Below, in pieces: positions 1-9,267 of a stretch of 64,000 nt of DNA (within the stretch, counting starts at the first letter, position 1; every line of letters begins with the position of its first letter). The stretch is from an uncultured Opitutaceae bacterium (GTDB lineage Bacteria; Verrucomicrobiota; Verrucomicrobiia; Opitutales; Opitutaceae), in assembly GCA_903887455.1 (NCBI GenBank), contig CAISPT010000108.1, forward strand, positions 3,235 to 67,234, read 5' to 3'. The notes beneath the pieces are model-generated. The model searched no databases. It was not told where the DNA came from and worked only from the letters and a program-made list of their open reading frames with translations. A program made the translations under genes and the position numbers.

Positions 1-47
1 GAGACCGGGCCGTATTCTTTCCCGTCGCCGCCGATGATCGTGAACAT

Positions 48-71
48 GGGGCCGATCCCAACATCGGCCCC
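48..71. terminator. Perfect 9-bp inverted repeat GGGGCCGAT-N6-ATCGGCCCC, 27 nt downstream of the TolC-like gene; possible end of the efflux operon transcript
   Basis: Read directly. Arms are 48-56 and 63-71 with loop CCCAAC. No U-tract follows on the minus strand, so it is not a canonical intrinsic terminator. Confidence 0.35.
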
Positions 72-97
72 CGCCCGCGTCAACCGCCGCCGGTCGC

Positions 98-1417
98 CTA
101 CGGCTGGGGCGCCACGCCGGCCGCCCGGGCCACGGACTGGCGGGCGAGGACGCAGTCATAGCGGGCCTGCAGGCGGCTGAGCTCCGCCGACCGCAGAGAG
201 CTCTGGGCGTCCAGCAGCTCGAAGTTCGTGATGACCCCGTTGGCGTAGCGGGTCCGCGCGAGCGACAGGGCCTCCGTGGCCTCATCGACCAGCGTGTCGG
301 CCGTGGAGAGCCTGGAACGGGCCGCGTTCAGGTCCGAGTAGGCGTCGGCGACCTCGTTGGTGATCGTGTCGCCGAGCTCCTTTTCCCGGGCCTGCGCGGA
401 CCGGACCCCTGCGCCCGCTTCCAGGCGCTCGCCCTGGATTCGCCTGCCGGTGAAGATTGGGACCTGGAGGGCGAGGCCTGCCGAGACGTAGCCCCTGTTG
501 TCATAGAGGTAGGGGACGACACCGTTCTCGACTCCGCCGGTCACCTGCGCGGACACTGTCGGGCGGTTTCCCTTGTCGGCCGAGTCGAGCCTCAGCCTTG
601 CGGTCTGCTCGTCGTCGCGGGCCACGCGCATCTCGGGGCGGTTGAGGAGCCCCTCGGCGATCGCGGTGGCCTCGGCCATCGCGGGCGCCCCGGCATCAAA
701 GTCGCCGGAGAGCTCAATCCTGGAGCCGGGCTCCCATCCCAGGAGCTGCCGCAGTCCGTTCTCCTGCTTGTCGAGCGCCGCGAGCGTGTCGGTCAGGTGG
801 TTGCGCGCGTTGGCCAGGCGCACCTGGGTCGTCAGCACGTCGAACTTGGTCGCGCTTCCCGCGTCGAACTTGCGCTGGGCGATGCGGAGGGCCTCCTCGA
901 GCGCGGTGATCTCCTCGCGCGCGACGTCCGCGGAGTTCCTGAGCAGGAGCACGCCGTAGAAGGACTGGATCGCCTGGTAGCCGAGCTGGTGCCTGACGCC
1001 GTCCAGGGCGTCCTGGGCGGCGATCTGGCCGGAGCGGGCCATGTCGACCAGCGCGTCGGTGCGGCCGAAGTCGGTCAGCAGCTGGCGGGCCGTGACGCTC
1101 GCGCCGTAGGCATCCTGGACGCTCGTGTAGAGGGCCCCGGCCTTGAGGCCCGGGATCGCGATCGCGACATAGGGCCTGAGGGAATTGAAGGTGTAGCCGG
1201 CCTGGCCGGTGACCTGGGGAAGCCGCGCCGATCCGGCCTGGGTCGCCCGGGCGCGCGCCGCGTCCACGGCGGCCTGCGCCCCGTCGATCGTCGGGTAGTG
1301 GGCGACCACCGCCTCGATCGTCTGCCCTAGGGTGAGGGGGCCGGCCTGGGGTCCGTCGGCCAGGGCGGAGGAGGCGAGTGCGGCGAGGGCCAGTGCGAGG
1401 ATGCCGTGGGTTTTCAT
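98..1417 (-). CDS. TolC-family outer membrane efflux protein
   Basis: 439 aa with a signal peptide (MKTHGILALALAALASSALA). It has two repeated coiled-coil/beta halves with LL-D-A/R patterns typical of OEP/TolC. It is the last gene of an EmrA-EmrB-OMF operon. Confidence 0.85.
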   Translation of the reverse strand: MKTHGILALALAALASSALADGPQAGPLTLGQTIEAVVAHYPTIDGAQAAVDAARARATQAGSARLPQVTGQAGYTFNSLRPYVAIAIPGLKAGALYTSVQDAYGASVTARQLLTDFGRTDALVDMARSGQIAAQDALDGVRHQLGYQAIQSFYGVLLLRNSADVAREEITALEEALRIAQRKFDAGSATKFDVLTTQVRLANARNHLTDTLAALDKQENGLRQLLGWEPGSRIELSGDFDAGAPAMAEATAIAEGLLNRPEMRVARDDEQTARLRLDSADKGNRPTVSAQVTGGVENGVVPYLYDNRGYVSAGLALQVPIFTGRRIQGERLEAGAGVRSAQAREKELGDTITNEVADAYSDLNAARSRLSTADTLVDEATEALSLARTRYANGVITNFELLDAQSSLRSAELSRLQARYDCVLARQSVARAAGVAPQP

Positions 1418-1447
1418 GGGGGGAGCGAGGAAAGGAATGGGGTGAGA

Positions 1448-3010
1448 CTAGTGCGAATCGGCGGCGGCCGCCGCCGCGGCCCGGGGCAGCGAGCCCGGCC
1501 TTCCCGCAAAGAGGATCACCGGCACGCAGGCGAGCGAGAGGAAACCCACGAACCGGAAGGCGTCGATGTAGCTCAGGAGGTTTGCCTGGTGTTCGATCGT
1601 GAGGTTGAGGAGGCCGAGGGCCTTCCTCGGCGCCTCCCAGGCGGTCGCGCCCTTTGAGAGCATGGCATGCGTGAGCTGCGAGAGGCGTCCGTCGGTGGCG
1701 GGATCGCCGGAGGAGAGGCGCGTGACCAGGCTCTGGCGGTGGGCCGCCGCCCGGTGGTCAAGGAAGGTGTTGATGAAGGCGATGCCGAAGGAGCCGCCCA
1801 TCTGGCGCATCATGTTGTTGAGTGCGACGCCCTGCGGGATGTCGCGGGCGTGGAGGCCCGACACTGCGAGCTGGGTGAGAGGGATCGTCACCAGGCTCAG
1901 CCCGATCGCCCGCAGGATGATCGGCCAGAAGAAGTCGCCCGACTGGGCCGTGAGGTCGAGCGTCGAGAGCTGCAGGGCGAAAACGGAGACAATCGCGAAG
2001 CCCGCGATGACCATGAACTGGGGCGGGAAGCCCTTCATCAGTAACCTGCCCATGACTGGAAGGAAGAAGACGGCCACGAGCGCTCCCGGGATGAAGAGCA
2101 TGCCGGTCTTAAGGGCCGTGTAGCCGAGCAGGCGCTGCGTGAAGACCGGCACGATGAACACCGTGGCGAAGAGGGCGAAGCCGAGGACGAAGGTGAGCGA
2201 TGCCGCGATCGCGAGCTTGCGGCTCTTAAGGACGTGCAAGTCGACCACCGGGTGGTCCGTCGTGAGCTCTCGCACGATGAAGGAGACCAGCGCGACGGCC
2301 GCGACGGCCGTCAGAACCACGATGTAGCGCTTGGAGAACCAGTCCTCGGACTCCCCGCGCTCAAGCACCGTCTGCAGCGAGCCGAGGCCCACGACCAGGA
2401 AGCCGATCCCAAGCCAGTCGATGGTCTCGGCGTTCCTCGCGTGAGACGGCTCCTTCACGAAGAGCCAGGAGAGGAAGGCCGCGGCCAGGCCGATCGGCAG
2501 GTTGATGTAGAAGATCCAGGGCCAAGAGTACCCGTCGATGATCCAGCCGCCCACGGTCGGCCCAATCGTCGGCCCCACGAAGATCCCCACCGCGAAGAGC
2601 GAGGCCGCGAACCCGCGCTGGGCCACCGAGAAGGTCTCGAAGAGGATCGCCTGGGAGGTCGACAGGAGAGCGCCGCCGCCGATGCCCTGGAGGAACCGGA
2701 AGGCCACGAGCTCCCAGATGTTGTGGGCGTTGCCGCACGCCACGGAGGCGCCCGTGAAGAGGAGGATCGAGCCGATGTAGTAGTTGCGCCGGCCGAAGCG
2801 CGCCGCAAGGAAGCTGGTCATCGGGATGATGATCACGTTGGCGATCGCGTAGGACGTCACGACCCAGGCGACGTCCTCGAGGGTTGCGCCCAGGTTTCCG
2901 CTCATGTCGTTGAGCGCCACGTTCACGATCGAGGTGTCGATCAGCTCGATGATTGCCGCGGCGATCACGGTGATCGTTATGATCACCTTGCGCAGTCCGT
3001 GCTCGGCCAT
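1448..3010 (-). CDS. MFS drug:H+ antiporter, DHA2 (EmrB/QacA, 14-TMS) family
   Basis: 520 aa and highly hydrophobic. The N-terminus (IVNVALNDMSGNLGA, FLAARFGRRN, RFLQGIGGGAL) matches EmrB-type MFS signatures. Confidence 0.88.
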   Translation of the reverse strand: MAEHGLRKVIITITVIAAAIIELIDTSIVNVALNDMSGNLGATLEDVAWVVTSYAIANVIIIPMTSFLAARFGRRNYYIGSILLFTGASVACGNAHNIWELVAFRFLQGIGGGALLSTSQAILFETFSVAQRGFAASLFAVGIFVGPTIGPTVGGWIIDGYSWPWIFYINLPIGLAAAFLSWLFVKEPSHARNAETIDWLGIGFLVVGLGSLQTVLERGESEDWFSKRYIVVLTAVAAVALVSFIVRELTTDHPVVDLHVLKSRKLAIAASLTFVLGFALFATVFIVPVFTQRLLGYTALKTGMLFIPGALVAVFFLPVMGRLLMKGFPPQFMVIAGFAIVSVFALQLSTLDLTAQSGDFFWPIILRAIGLSLVTIPLTQLAVSGLHARDIPQGVALNNMMRQMGGSFGIAFINTFLDHRAAAHRQSLVTRLSSGDPATDGRLSQLTHAMLSKGATAWEAPRKALGLLNLTIEHQANLLSYIDAFRFVGFLSLACVPVILFAGRPGSLPRAAAAAAADSH

Positions 3011-3022
3011 CGTGAGCCCCCG

Positions 3023-4108
3023 CTAGTCCTTGACCCGCACGGTTGCGTCGACGCTCAGGCCGGGCCTGAGCGGATGCGCCGCGTCCGGGTCCTGCGCGAG
3101 CACGATCTTCACCGGGACGCGCTGGGTCACCTTCACGAAGTTGCCGGTCGAGTTGTCCGGCGGAAGGAGCGCGAAGCGGGCCCCGGTCGCGCCGGAGATC
3201 GACTCCACCTTGCCGCGGAAGACGACGCCAGGGTAGGTGTCGGCCTCGAACTCCACGTCCTGCCCCGGCTTCATCGATGTGAGCTGCGTCTCCTTGAAGT
3301 TGGCGACCACCCAGACGTCCGTGTCGCTGGCCACCGAGAGCAGGGTCTGCCCCGACTGGATGTACTGGCCGGGCTCCACGTTCTTGCGGGAGACAACCCC
3401 GTCAATGGGGGCCGTCACGGTGCAGTACGAGCGCTGGAGCTTGGCGTAGTCCAGGTCCGAGCGCTTCTGCGCGGCCTGGGTCTGCGCGGCGGCGACTTTT
3501 GCGGTGGCGACAACGACCTGCGCCTCGGCCAGCTGCGCCTCGCGGCGCACGGCCTCAAGCTGGGAGGCGGCAGTGTCCGCCGCCGCCTGCGTGTCGCTCA
3601 GCTGGCTCTCCGTGATGGCGCCGGTCTTCGACAGCCGGGTGTCACGGGCCAGGTCGCTCGCTGCCTTCCGGGCCCGAACCTCGGCCGTGGCCGTGTTCGC
3701 CGCGGCGGCGTCCACCGCCGCTCGCGCGCTCGAAAGGGTGGCTTCGGCCGTGGCCTTGTCGGCGATCGCGTTCTGGAGCGCGGCCTCCGCTGCTGCCACC
3801 CTCAGGTCGAGCTCCCGGGGATCGATCTCCACGAGCGCTTGTCCGGTCGACACCCGCTGGTTGTCGGCGACCAGCACCCTGGCGGCGTATCCCGACACCC
3901 GCGGTAGGACGGGGCTGATGTGCCCCTCGACCTGGGCGTCGTCGGTCTCCTCGTGCGCCGCGGCAAAATTCCAGCGCTTCACGCCGTAGAAGGCGCCCGC
4001 GACAAGTACGACCGCGGCCAGCGCGATCACCACCGCCTGGCGCGAGGGCAGGGCGGATTTCGGGCTCTCCTCCGCACGGGAGGGGGCATCTGGAGCGGCA
4101 GTATTCAT
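3023..4108 (-). CDS. HlyD/EmrA-family periplasmic adaptor protein
   Basis: 361 aa with an N-terminal TM anchor. It has a long Ala/Gln-rich coiled coil and a C-terminal beta-barrel (FVKVTQRVPVKI) characteristic of EmrA. Confidence 0.85.
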   Translation of the reverse strand: MNTAAPDAPSRAEESPKSALPSRQAVVIALAAVVLVAGAFYGVKRWNFAAAHEETDDAQVEGHISPVLPRVSGYAARVLVADNQRVSTGQALVEIDPRELDLRVAAAEAALQNAIADKATAEATLSSARAAVDAAAANTATAEVRARKAASDLARDTRLSKTGAITESQLSDTQAAADTAASQLEAVRREAQLAEAQVVVATAKVAAAQTQAAQKRSDLDYAKLQRSYCTVTAPIDGVVSRKNVEPGQYIQSGQTLLSVASDTDVWVVANFKETQLTSMKPGQDVEFEADTYPGVVFRGKVESISGATGARFALLPPDNSTGNFVKVTQRVPVKIVLAQDPDAAHPLRPGLSVDATVRVKD

Positions 4109-4122
4109 GGCGTAAGGAGATG

Positions 4123-4136
4123 ATTAGGCACCTAAT
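4123..4136. promoter_or_regulatory. Short palindrome ATTAGG-CA-CCTAAT just upstream of the emrA-like start; possible operator
   Basis: Read directly. It lies 15 nt from the start codon at 4108. No cognate regulator gene is adjacent. Confidence 0.25.
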
Positions 4137-4209
4137 TATCGTCAATTGCAAGCCCTCCACGCAGATTTCCGCGCACTTTTAGCACCCGCCCGACCGGGAG
4201 TGCAGCAGA

Positions 4210-4908
4210 CTAGAGATTATTCAAGTCGCTGATGGGTAATTCTTTCCAAGATCCCCTTGGGAGGTCTCCGACCGAGAGGTTCCCAAAGCGGATACGGTCG
4301 AGGCCCACGACGGAATACCCCTGGCTCGCGAACATTCGCTTCACCTGGTGGTAGCGGCCCTCGGTGAGCACCACCTCCACCTCGCTTCCCCCCTCCAAGC
4401 GGAGCTCGGCGGGGGCGCAGGGCGTTTCCTCGCCCTCCAGGACCAGGGTTCCAGACGCAAAAAGGCCGACTAGCGCCTCCGAAGGCTCCCGGTCCAACAC
4501 GGCCCGGTAGACCTTGGGCACCTTGTGCTTTGGGGAGGTGAGCCGGTGCACGGCGCCGCCGGCGTCGGTCAGCAGCAGAAGCCCCGTCGTGTCCTTGTCC
4601 AGCCGTCCTACGGTGGTGACCGCAGGGTTTCTTCGCCTCCAGCGCTCGGGCAGGAGCCCGTAGACGGTGGGACCCTCGGAATCGTCGCGCGAGCACACAA
4701 GCCCGGCGGGCTTGTTGAGCAGGATGAGGAGCTCGCCCGGGTGGTCCGGCGGTGCACCGTCGATCAGCACGTCGGCCGCCTCGACCCGGACCCCCGGATC
4801 GTCCGCCACCGAGCCCTTGACGGTGATCCGCCCCTCCTCGACCCACGAGCGCACCTCGCGACGGGAGCCGTATCCCAGGCTCGCAAGTAGTTGGTCTAGG
4901 CGGCGCAT
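4210..4908 (-). CDS. Pseudouridine synthase, RsuA/RluB/E/F family (S4 domain + catalytic domain)
   Basis: 232 aa. Has an S4-like N-terminus (RLDQLLASLGYGSRREV) and the catalytic motif GRLDKDTTGLLLLTD. Confidence 0.85.
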   Translation of the reverse strand: MRRLDQLLASLGYGSRREVRSWVEEGRITVKGSVADDPGVRVEAADVLIDGAPPDHPGELLILLNKPAGLVCSRDDSEGPTVYGLLPERWRRRNPAVTTVGRLDKDTTGLLLLTDAGGAVHRLTSPKHKVPKVYRAVLDREPSEALVGLFASGTLVLEGEETPCAPAELRLEGGSEVEVVLTEGRYHQVKRMFASQGYSVVGLDRIRFGNLSVGDLPRGSWKELPISDLNNL

Positions 4909-5036
4909 CGAAGGCCCGATTGGGGCAGTTTAGGGCCTCCAGATCAATAGGCGCCTTGGGGTCAATCGGCCGATTCTCCAAGAATTGACTCGGCAACCCG
5001 ACCCGCTTTTGGGATGTCTTACCTTTACGACCACTT

Positions 5037-6656
5037 ATGGCAGTATGGGAATATAAGGTAATCTCGAGCGGCAAGGGGGGCTTCGCCACGCCCGCGCTGC
5101 TTGAATCATTTTTGAATCAACTGGGTACGGACGAGTGGGAGATCGTCGAATTCCGGGGGCAGCCTGACAACCCTCTGGCGTTTTCCGGCCTCGCCCGGCG
5201 GCCCACGCAGCGCGACTGGACGCTTGGCGACGCGGCCGCTGCCGCGGCCAAGGTCGAGGCGGACAAGCTGCGCGTCGAGTTCGAGGCCAAGTTCAAGAGC
5301 GCGACATCCTCCGCTCCTGCCTCGCCGGCCGAGGCCGAACCCGTGTCCAACGAGGGGCTTCGCGAGACCGACGGGCTTCGCCGCTTGAGGGACACCGAGC
5401 GCGACTCCGATCCCGACGCCCCGAACGAGGAGACGCCCGAGGACGACTGGGACAAGCTGGGCGCCGAGGACGAGGTACCGACCTTCTTCGAGGCCATCCG
5501 CCCGCACCTGCGGCGCAACCAGCGCGGCCCGGGCTTCTCGGTGGGCGTCGACTACCTTGCCAAGAAGTGGGATATCAGCGAGCAGGAGGTCCTGGGCGCG
5601 CTCAAGGAGTGCGGCCTTGAGATCCCCGAGGACGAGGACGCCAAGGTCACCTACGTCGACTACGACGGGGACCTCTACTGGGTGAACATCAACCGCCGCG
5701 GCGAGCTCTGGATCAACACCAAGGAGAAGACCCGCCCGGTGTTCCGCACCGTCCAGGCGACCAAGGTCGAGCCCCCGGAGGAGGAGGCCCCGAGGCATCC
5801 CACCGAGGAGAAGATGATCGAGAGGCGCCAGGAAAAGCAGCAGCACGAGGAGCGCAAGCAGTCCCAGCGCAGGCACGAGCCGGAGGCCGACCCGTCGGCG
5901 CCTGCCGCCCCGCTACCCGAGGGCGCCGCCCTCCTCGACCGCATCCGCCCCCTGATGCGCAAGAACCGCCGCGAGCCGGGCGGCTCCGGCAGCATGAGCT
6001 TTTTGTCTCGGGCCCTGAAGTGCACCGAGGCCACCCTGGTGGGTGCCTTCGTTTCCATGGGCCTGAGCGCCCAGGCCGCGGCTGGCGATCCTCCCGTTTT
6101 CGTGGAGATCGGCGACGAGACCTGGTGGCTCAACACCGACAGCCGCGGCGGCGTCTGGATCAACGCGCGTGAGAAGCGCGCCGAGGCCCCCTCGGGCGAG
6201 CCGGCAGCCCCCGCAGCCGACCTCCCCGCCGGCGCAGAGGCCCCGGCCGCCGCGCCCGCCCCGGGCAACGTTTTCGCCGCCGTCAGGCTTCTCCTGAAGG
6301 AGACGAAGACGGGCTCCGTCGCGGCCCCTGTCGAACGGCTCGCCGGCGAGCTCGGGAAAAGCGTCGACGAGCTGATCGCCGCCCTCACCTCCTCCGGCCT
6401 TCGCGTTCCCGAAAAGGCGCGCGAGAAGCCGGTCTTTGGCGAGCATGCCGGAGAGATCTTCTGGCTCAACCGCAACGCAAAGGGCGAGCTCTGGCTTAAC
6501 GCCAAGGCCTCGAAGTACGCGTCCGAGGGCTCAGATGGGGACTCGAAGGGCAGGCGCCCGAAGTCCAAGAAGAAGCCCGCGTCAGAGGACGCCCCCGCGG
6601 CGGAGGTCCCTTCCGAGGTTCCGCCGGCGTCAGGCGACGCCGGGACCCAGGTCTAG
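5037..6656 (+). CDS. DUF4177-like N-terminal domain protein carrying three internal ~80-aa repeats
   Basis: 539 aa. The N-terminus MAVWEYKVIS...LGTDEWEIVEF resembles DUF4177. Repeats lie at aa 150-232, 299-381 and 412-491. Each has an IF2_N-like helical module followed by (Y/W)W(V/L)N...GE(L/V)W(I/L)N. The linkers are acidic or basic and of low complexity. Confidence 0.7.
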   Translation: MAVWEYKVISSGKGGFATPALLESFLNQLGTDEWEIVEFRGQPDNPLAFSGLARRPTQRDWTLGDAAAAAAKVEADKLRVEFEAKFKSATSSAPASPAEAEPVSNEGLRETDGLRRLRDTERDSDPDAPNEETPEDDWDKLGAEDEVPTFFEAIRPHLRRNQRGPGFSVGVDYLAKKWDISEQEVLGALKECGLEIPEDEDAKVTYVDYDGDLYWVNINRRGELWINTKEKTRPVFRTVQATKVEPPEEEAPRHPTEEKMIERRQEKQQHEERKQSQRRHEPEADPSAPAAPLPEGAALLDRIRPLMRKNRREPGGSGSMSFLSRALKCTEATLVGAFVSMGLSAQAAAGDPPVFVEIGDETWWLNTDSRGGVWINAREKRAEAPSGEPAAPAADLPAGAEAPAAAPAPGNVFAAVRLLLKETKTGSVAAPVERLAGELGKSVDELIAALTSSGLRVPEKAREKPVFGEHAGEIFWLNRNAKGELWLNAKASKYASEGSDGDSKGRRPKSKKKPASEDAPAAEVPSEVPPASGDAGTQV

Positions 6657-7717
6657 GCGCGCGTCCCGCGCCTGGCCCTCACCGCCTCGGCCAGCAGGCC
6701 GAGCACGGGGACCGTGTCGCTCCAGGACAGGCACGCGTCCGTGACGCTCTGGCCGCGGACGAGCGGCACCCTGCCGTAGTCCTGCGCCCCCCCCACCAGG
6801 TTGCTCTCGATCATCACTGCCGAGAGGGTGCGGTCGCCCGAGGCGAGCCTCGAGGCCAAGTCCTCGGCCACCACCCGCTGGCGCTCGGGCTCCCCCTTGC
6901 GGCTGTTGGCGTGGCTGAGGTCGACCATGAGCTGGCGGGGCAGGCCGTGCCGCTCCAGGAGGCCGGCGGCGGCCTCGACGTCGGCTGCCGAGTAATTGGG
7001 CCCCCGGGACCCTCCGCGGAGCACGAGGTGGGTGTCGGTGTTGCCCGTCGTCTGCATGCACGCCGGAGTGCCGTCGTGCGCGAGGGTGGGGAACCAGTGC
7101 TGGTGCCGGGCCGAGCGGATCGCGTCGACGGCCACCTCGACGTTGCCGTCGGTCCGATTCTTGAAGCCGACCGGCATCGAGAGCCCCGAGGCGAGCTCAC
7201 GGTGAATCTGGCTCTCGACGGTACGCGCGCCGATGGCGCCCCAGCTCACGAAGTCCGCGAAATACTGGCCGAACGTCGTCTCGAGAAACTCGGTGCCGAT
7301 CGGCAGCCCGAGGCGGGTGATGTCGGCCATCAGCTTCCGGGCGGTCCTAAGGCCCTTTGAGATGTCGAATGTCTTGTCGAGCCCCGGGTCGTTGATGAGC
7401 CCCTTCCACCCGAGCACCGTCCGCGGCTTCTCGAAATACACGCGCATCGCCACCAGCAGGTCCTTCGCGAGCCGGTCGCTCTCCGCCTTCAAGAGGCCGG
7501 CGTACTCGAGCGCGGCCTCCGGATCGTGGATCGAGCAGGGCCCGACGACCACGAGGAGCCTGTCGTCCCGTCCCGCCATGACCGCGGCGATGGCGGTGCG
7601 GGCGTCGGAGATGCGGGCGGCGCCCAAGTCGTCCAGCGGGAACTCCGCCTCGAGCGCCGACGGGGGCGGCAGGGGCAGCGTCGTGCGGATGCGGAGATCG
7701 TACGTGGGCCTGTGCAT
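6653..7717 (-). CDS. aroG: 3-deoxy-7-phosphoheptulonate (DAHP) synthase, class I
   Basis: 354 aa. Motifs GPCSIHD, YFEKPRT..GWKGLINDP, and KNRTDG...LSHANS are diagnostic of AroF/G/H-type enzymes. The isozyme assignment is arbitrary. Confidence 0.9.
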   Translation of the reverse strand: MHRPTYDLRIRTTLPLPPPSALEAEFPLDDLGAARISDARTAIAAVMAGRDDRLLVVVGPCSIHDPEAALEYAGLLKAESDRLAKDLLVAMRVYFEKPRTVLGWKGLINDPGLDKTFDISKGLRTARKLMADITRLGLPIGTEFLETTFGQYFADFVSWGAIGARTVESQIHRELASGLSMPVGFKNRTDGNVEVAVDAIRSARHQHWFPTLAHDGTPACMQTTGNTDTHLVLRGGSRGPNYSAADVEAAAGLLERHGLPRQLMVDLSHANSRKGEPERQRVVAEDLASRLASGDRTLSAVMIESNLVGGAQDYGRVPLVRGQSVTDACLSWSDTVPVLGLLAEAVRARRGTRA

Positions 7718-7745
7718 GCAGGGATTCCGACCGGGGGGCCGGATC

Positions 7746-9137
7746 CTAGGCGCCGATCAGCGCCCGGGCCTGAACGACCGTCGGGTGCCGGCTCAGCAGC
7801 ACCTCGGAGAGGTTCGGGGCGATGCCGAGCGAGGACGCCCGGAGGCGGAGCGACACCCAGGCGAGCGACGAGGCCGGCGGGCTAAAGGCGTGTGGGGCGA
7901 ATACGTCGAAGACCGGCGAGAGCGGGGCGAGCAGCTCCTTCGTGTGGAGGTTTTTCTCGACTAGGAAGAGTCCCAGGAGCGCGCCGAGCGCCTCGAGCCA
8001 GACCGTCGGGGAGCCGTGCGGGGCGTACGGGACGCCCGAGCCCTCCGGATAGGGCTGCCATTCCATGAAGGCCTGCAGGTACTCGTGGAGCTTCTTGAGC
8101 TCCGCATCGGCCGTCGCGGTGGTCCACTTGACCGTGATCTGCTTCCTCTCGCGCATCTTCTTCACCTCCCAGACCCGCATGATCAGGACGTATTCGGCCC
8201 CGTCGCGCTTGAGGGATCCGGTGAAGATGTAGTCCAGCCCGCCCGACGTCGTGGACTCGAGCTTCTTCAGGTTGTCGACTGTCCAGTCGGTTGCGAAGAT
8301 AGCGGGCCGCGTGGGGGCGCCCGCCTCGTGCACCGCGCCGAGCGCCGCGACCGAGGTGTACAGGGGCGAGAAGTAGAACGTCTCGGCGAACCAGAGGGGG
8401 ATGGCCCTGGAGAGCCTTCCCAACTCGTCCTCCGGCAGGCGGGCAGCCGCGTCCGGATCGGCGTAGACGCCGGGAAGCGACAACTGCGCGAAGGCGACGC
8501 GGCGGAACTTCCCCTCCTTTTTGGGGAGGAGGTCGGTCACCGACTCGAGGCCGTAGGACCAGATGGGCCTGCTGATCGTGATCAGGGCGACGCCCACCGG
8601 GGCGTCGGCCGGCGGGGGGTCGCCCGGTTGGGGCGTGAAGGCCGGGATGCCCTGCACGTCCCCGTGGTTGATCAACTCGGCGACGGCGTTCGAGAAGCCG
8701 TGGAGGCGCTCCTCGAGCTCGGGCCGGTTGAGCGAGAAGAGGATGTCGAGGACGTGCTGGGCGGCGTCGGAGTCGCGGACGGCCAGGTAGGCCTGGATCA
8801 GGTTGATCCCGGTGGCGGGACCGTGGCGCAGGGCGTCGTAGCGGGGTGCGACCAATTCGATGATCTGCGGGATGTGGCCGGTGGCGCCAAGGTCGCCCGA
8901 GATCGTGACCAGGACGTCGGCGCGGTCGCCGGCCGTGGCCAGCACCTCCTCGTAGATGGCCATCGCGCCCTTCAGGTCCTTGCTGTCGAGCTTCTCACGC
9001 GCCGCGAGCAGGCGCGGCGCCACGCCAGACACCGACGGGTCAAGCGGCGCCGACGGCGCCGCCTGGTGCCCGTTCGCCGGGGCGGGTGATGCCGGTTTGC
9101 CGGCCAAACGGTCGAAGAATCCCATGCAACCGAGCAA
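7746..9137 (-). CDS. Hypothetical protein (463 aa), no recognised domain
   Basis: Long ORF with normal-looking composition and codon bias. The helical N-terminal part is possibly TPR-like. I recall no catalytic motif. Confidence 0.6.
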   Translation of the reverse strand: MLGCMGFFDRLAGKPASPAPANGHQAAPSAPLDPSVSGVAPRLLAAREKLDSKDLKGAMAIYEEVLATAGDRADVLVTISGDLGATGHIPQIIELVAPRYDALRHGPATGINLIQAYLAVRDSDAAQHVLDILFSLNRPELEERLHGFSNAVAELINHGDVQGIPAFTPQPGDPPPADAPVGVALITISRPIWSYGLESVTDLLPKKEGKFRRVAFAQLSLPGVYADPDAAARLPEDELGRLSRAIPLWFAETFYFSPLYTSVAALGAVHEAGAPTRPAIFATDWTVDNLKKLESTTSGGLDYIFTGSLKRDGAEYVLIMRVWEVKKMRERKQITVKWTTATADAELKKLHEYLQAFMEWQPYPEGSGVPYAPHGSPTVWLEALGALLGLFLVEKNLHTKELLAPLSPVFDVFAPHAFSPPASSLAWVSLRLRASSLGIAPNLSEVLLSRHPTVVQARALIGA

Positions 9138-9267
9138 AGCAACCCCCGCGCCCGTGGCGAACAGAATTGGAGGGGCCGGCCCCGTCCTTGGGGGGAGGCC
9201 GCCCGCCGGGGGGCAATTCCTCGTTTGACCGTCCTTTGGGGCGGCCTATTGGTAACCCCTCCCCCGG

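Noticed and set aside
2234-3907. 557-aa ORF on the plus strand across the emrB/emrA region. Similar very long ORFs occur at 12467-13843(-), 24261-25238(-), 25314-26258(-), 45768-47084(-), 47228-48355(-), 56462-57880(-), 58302-60731(+), 61817-63028(-) and 62842-63990(-).
   Set aside because: They are antisense or out-of-frame shadows of genes with strong family signatures. Their translations are Arg/Pro/Gly/Asp/His-rich low-complexity strings with no motifs. Such open frames are expected by chance in ~68% G+C DNA, where stop codons are rare.
4120-4182. 20-aa ORF preceded by AAGGAG in the emrA/rsuA spacer
   Set aside because: The Shine-Dalgarno-like AAGGAG abuts the ATG with no spacing. The peptide has no features, so it is probably fortuitous.
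6653-6656. Tail-to-tail 4-nt overlap (CTAG) of the stop codons of the repeat protein and the DAHP synthase
   Set aside because: It is real but trivial. The palindromic CTAG supplies TAG on both strands, and no functional implication was found.
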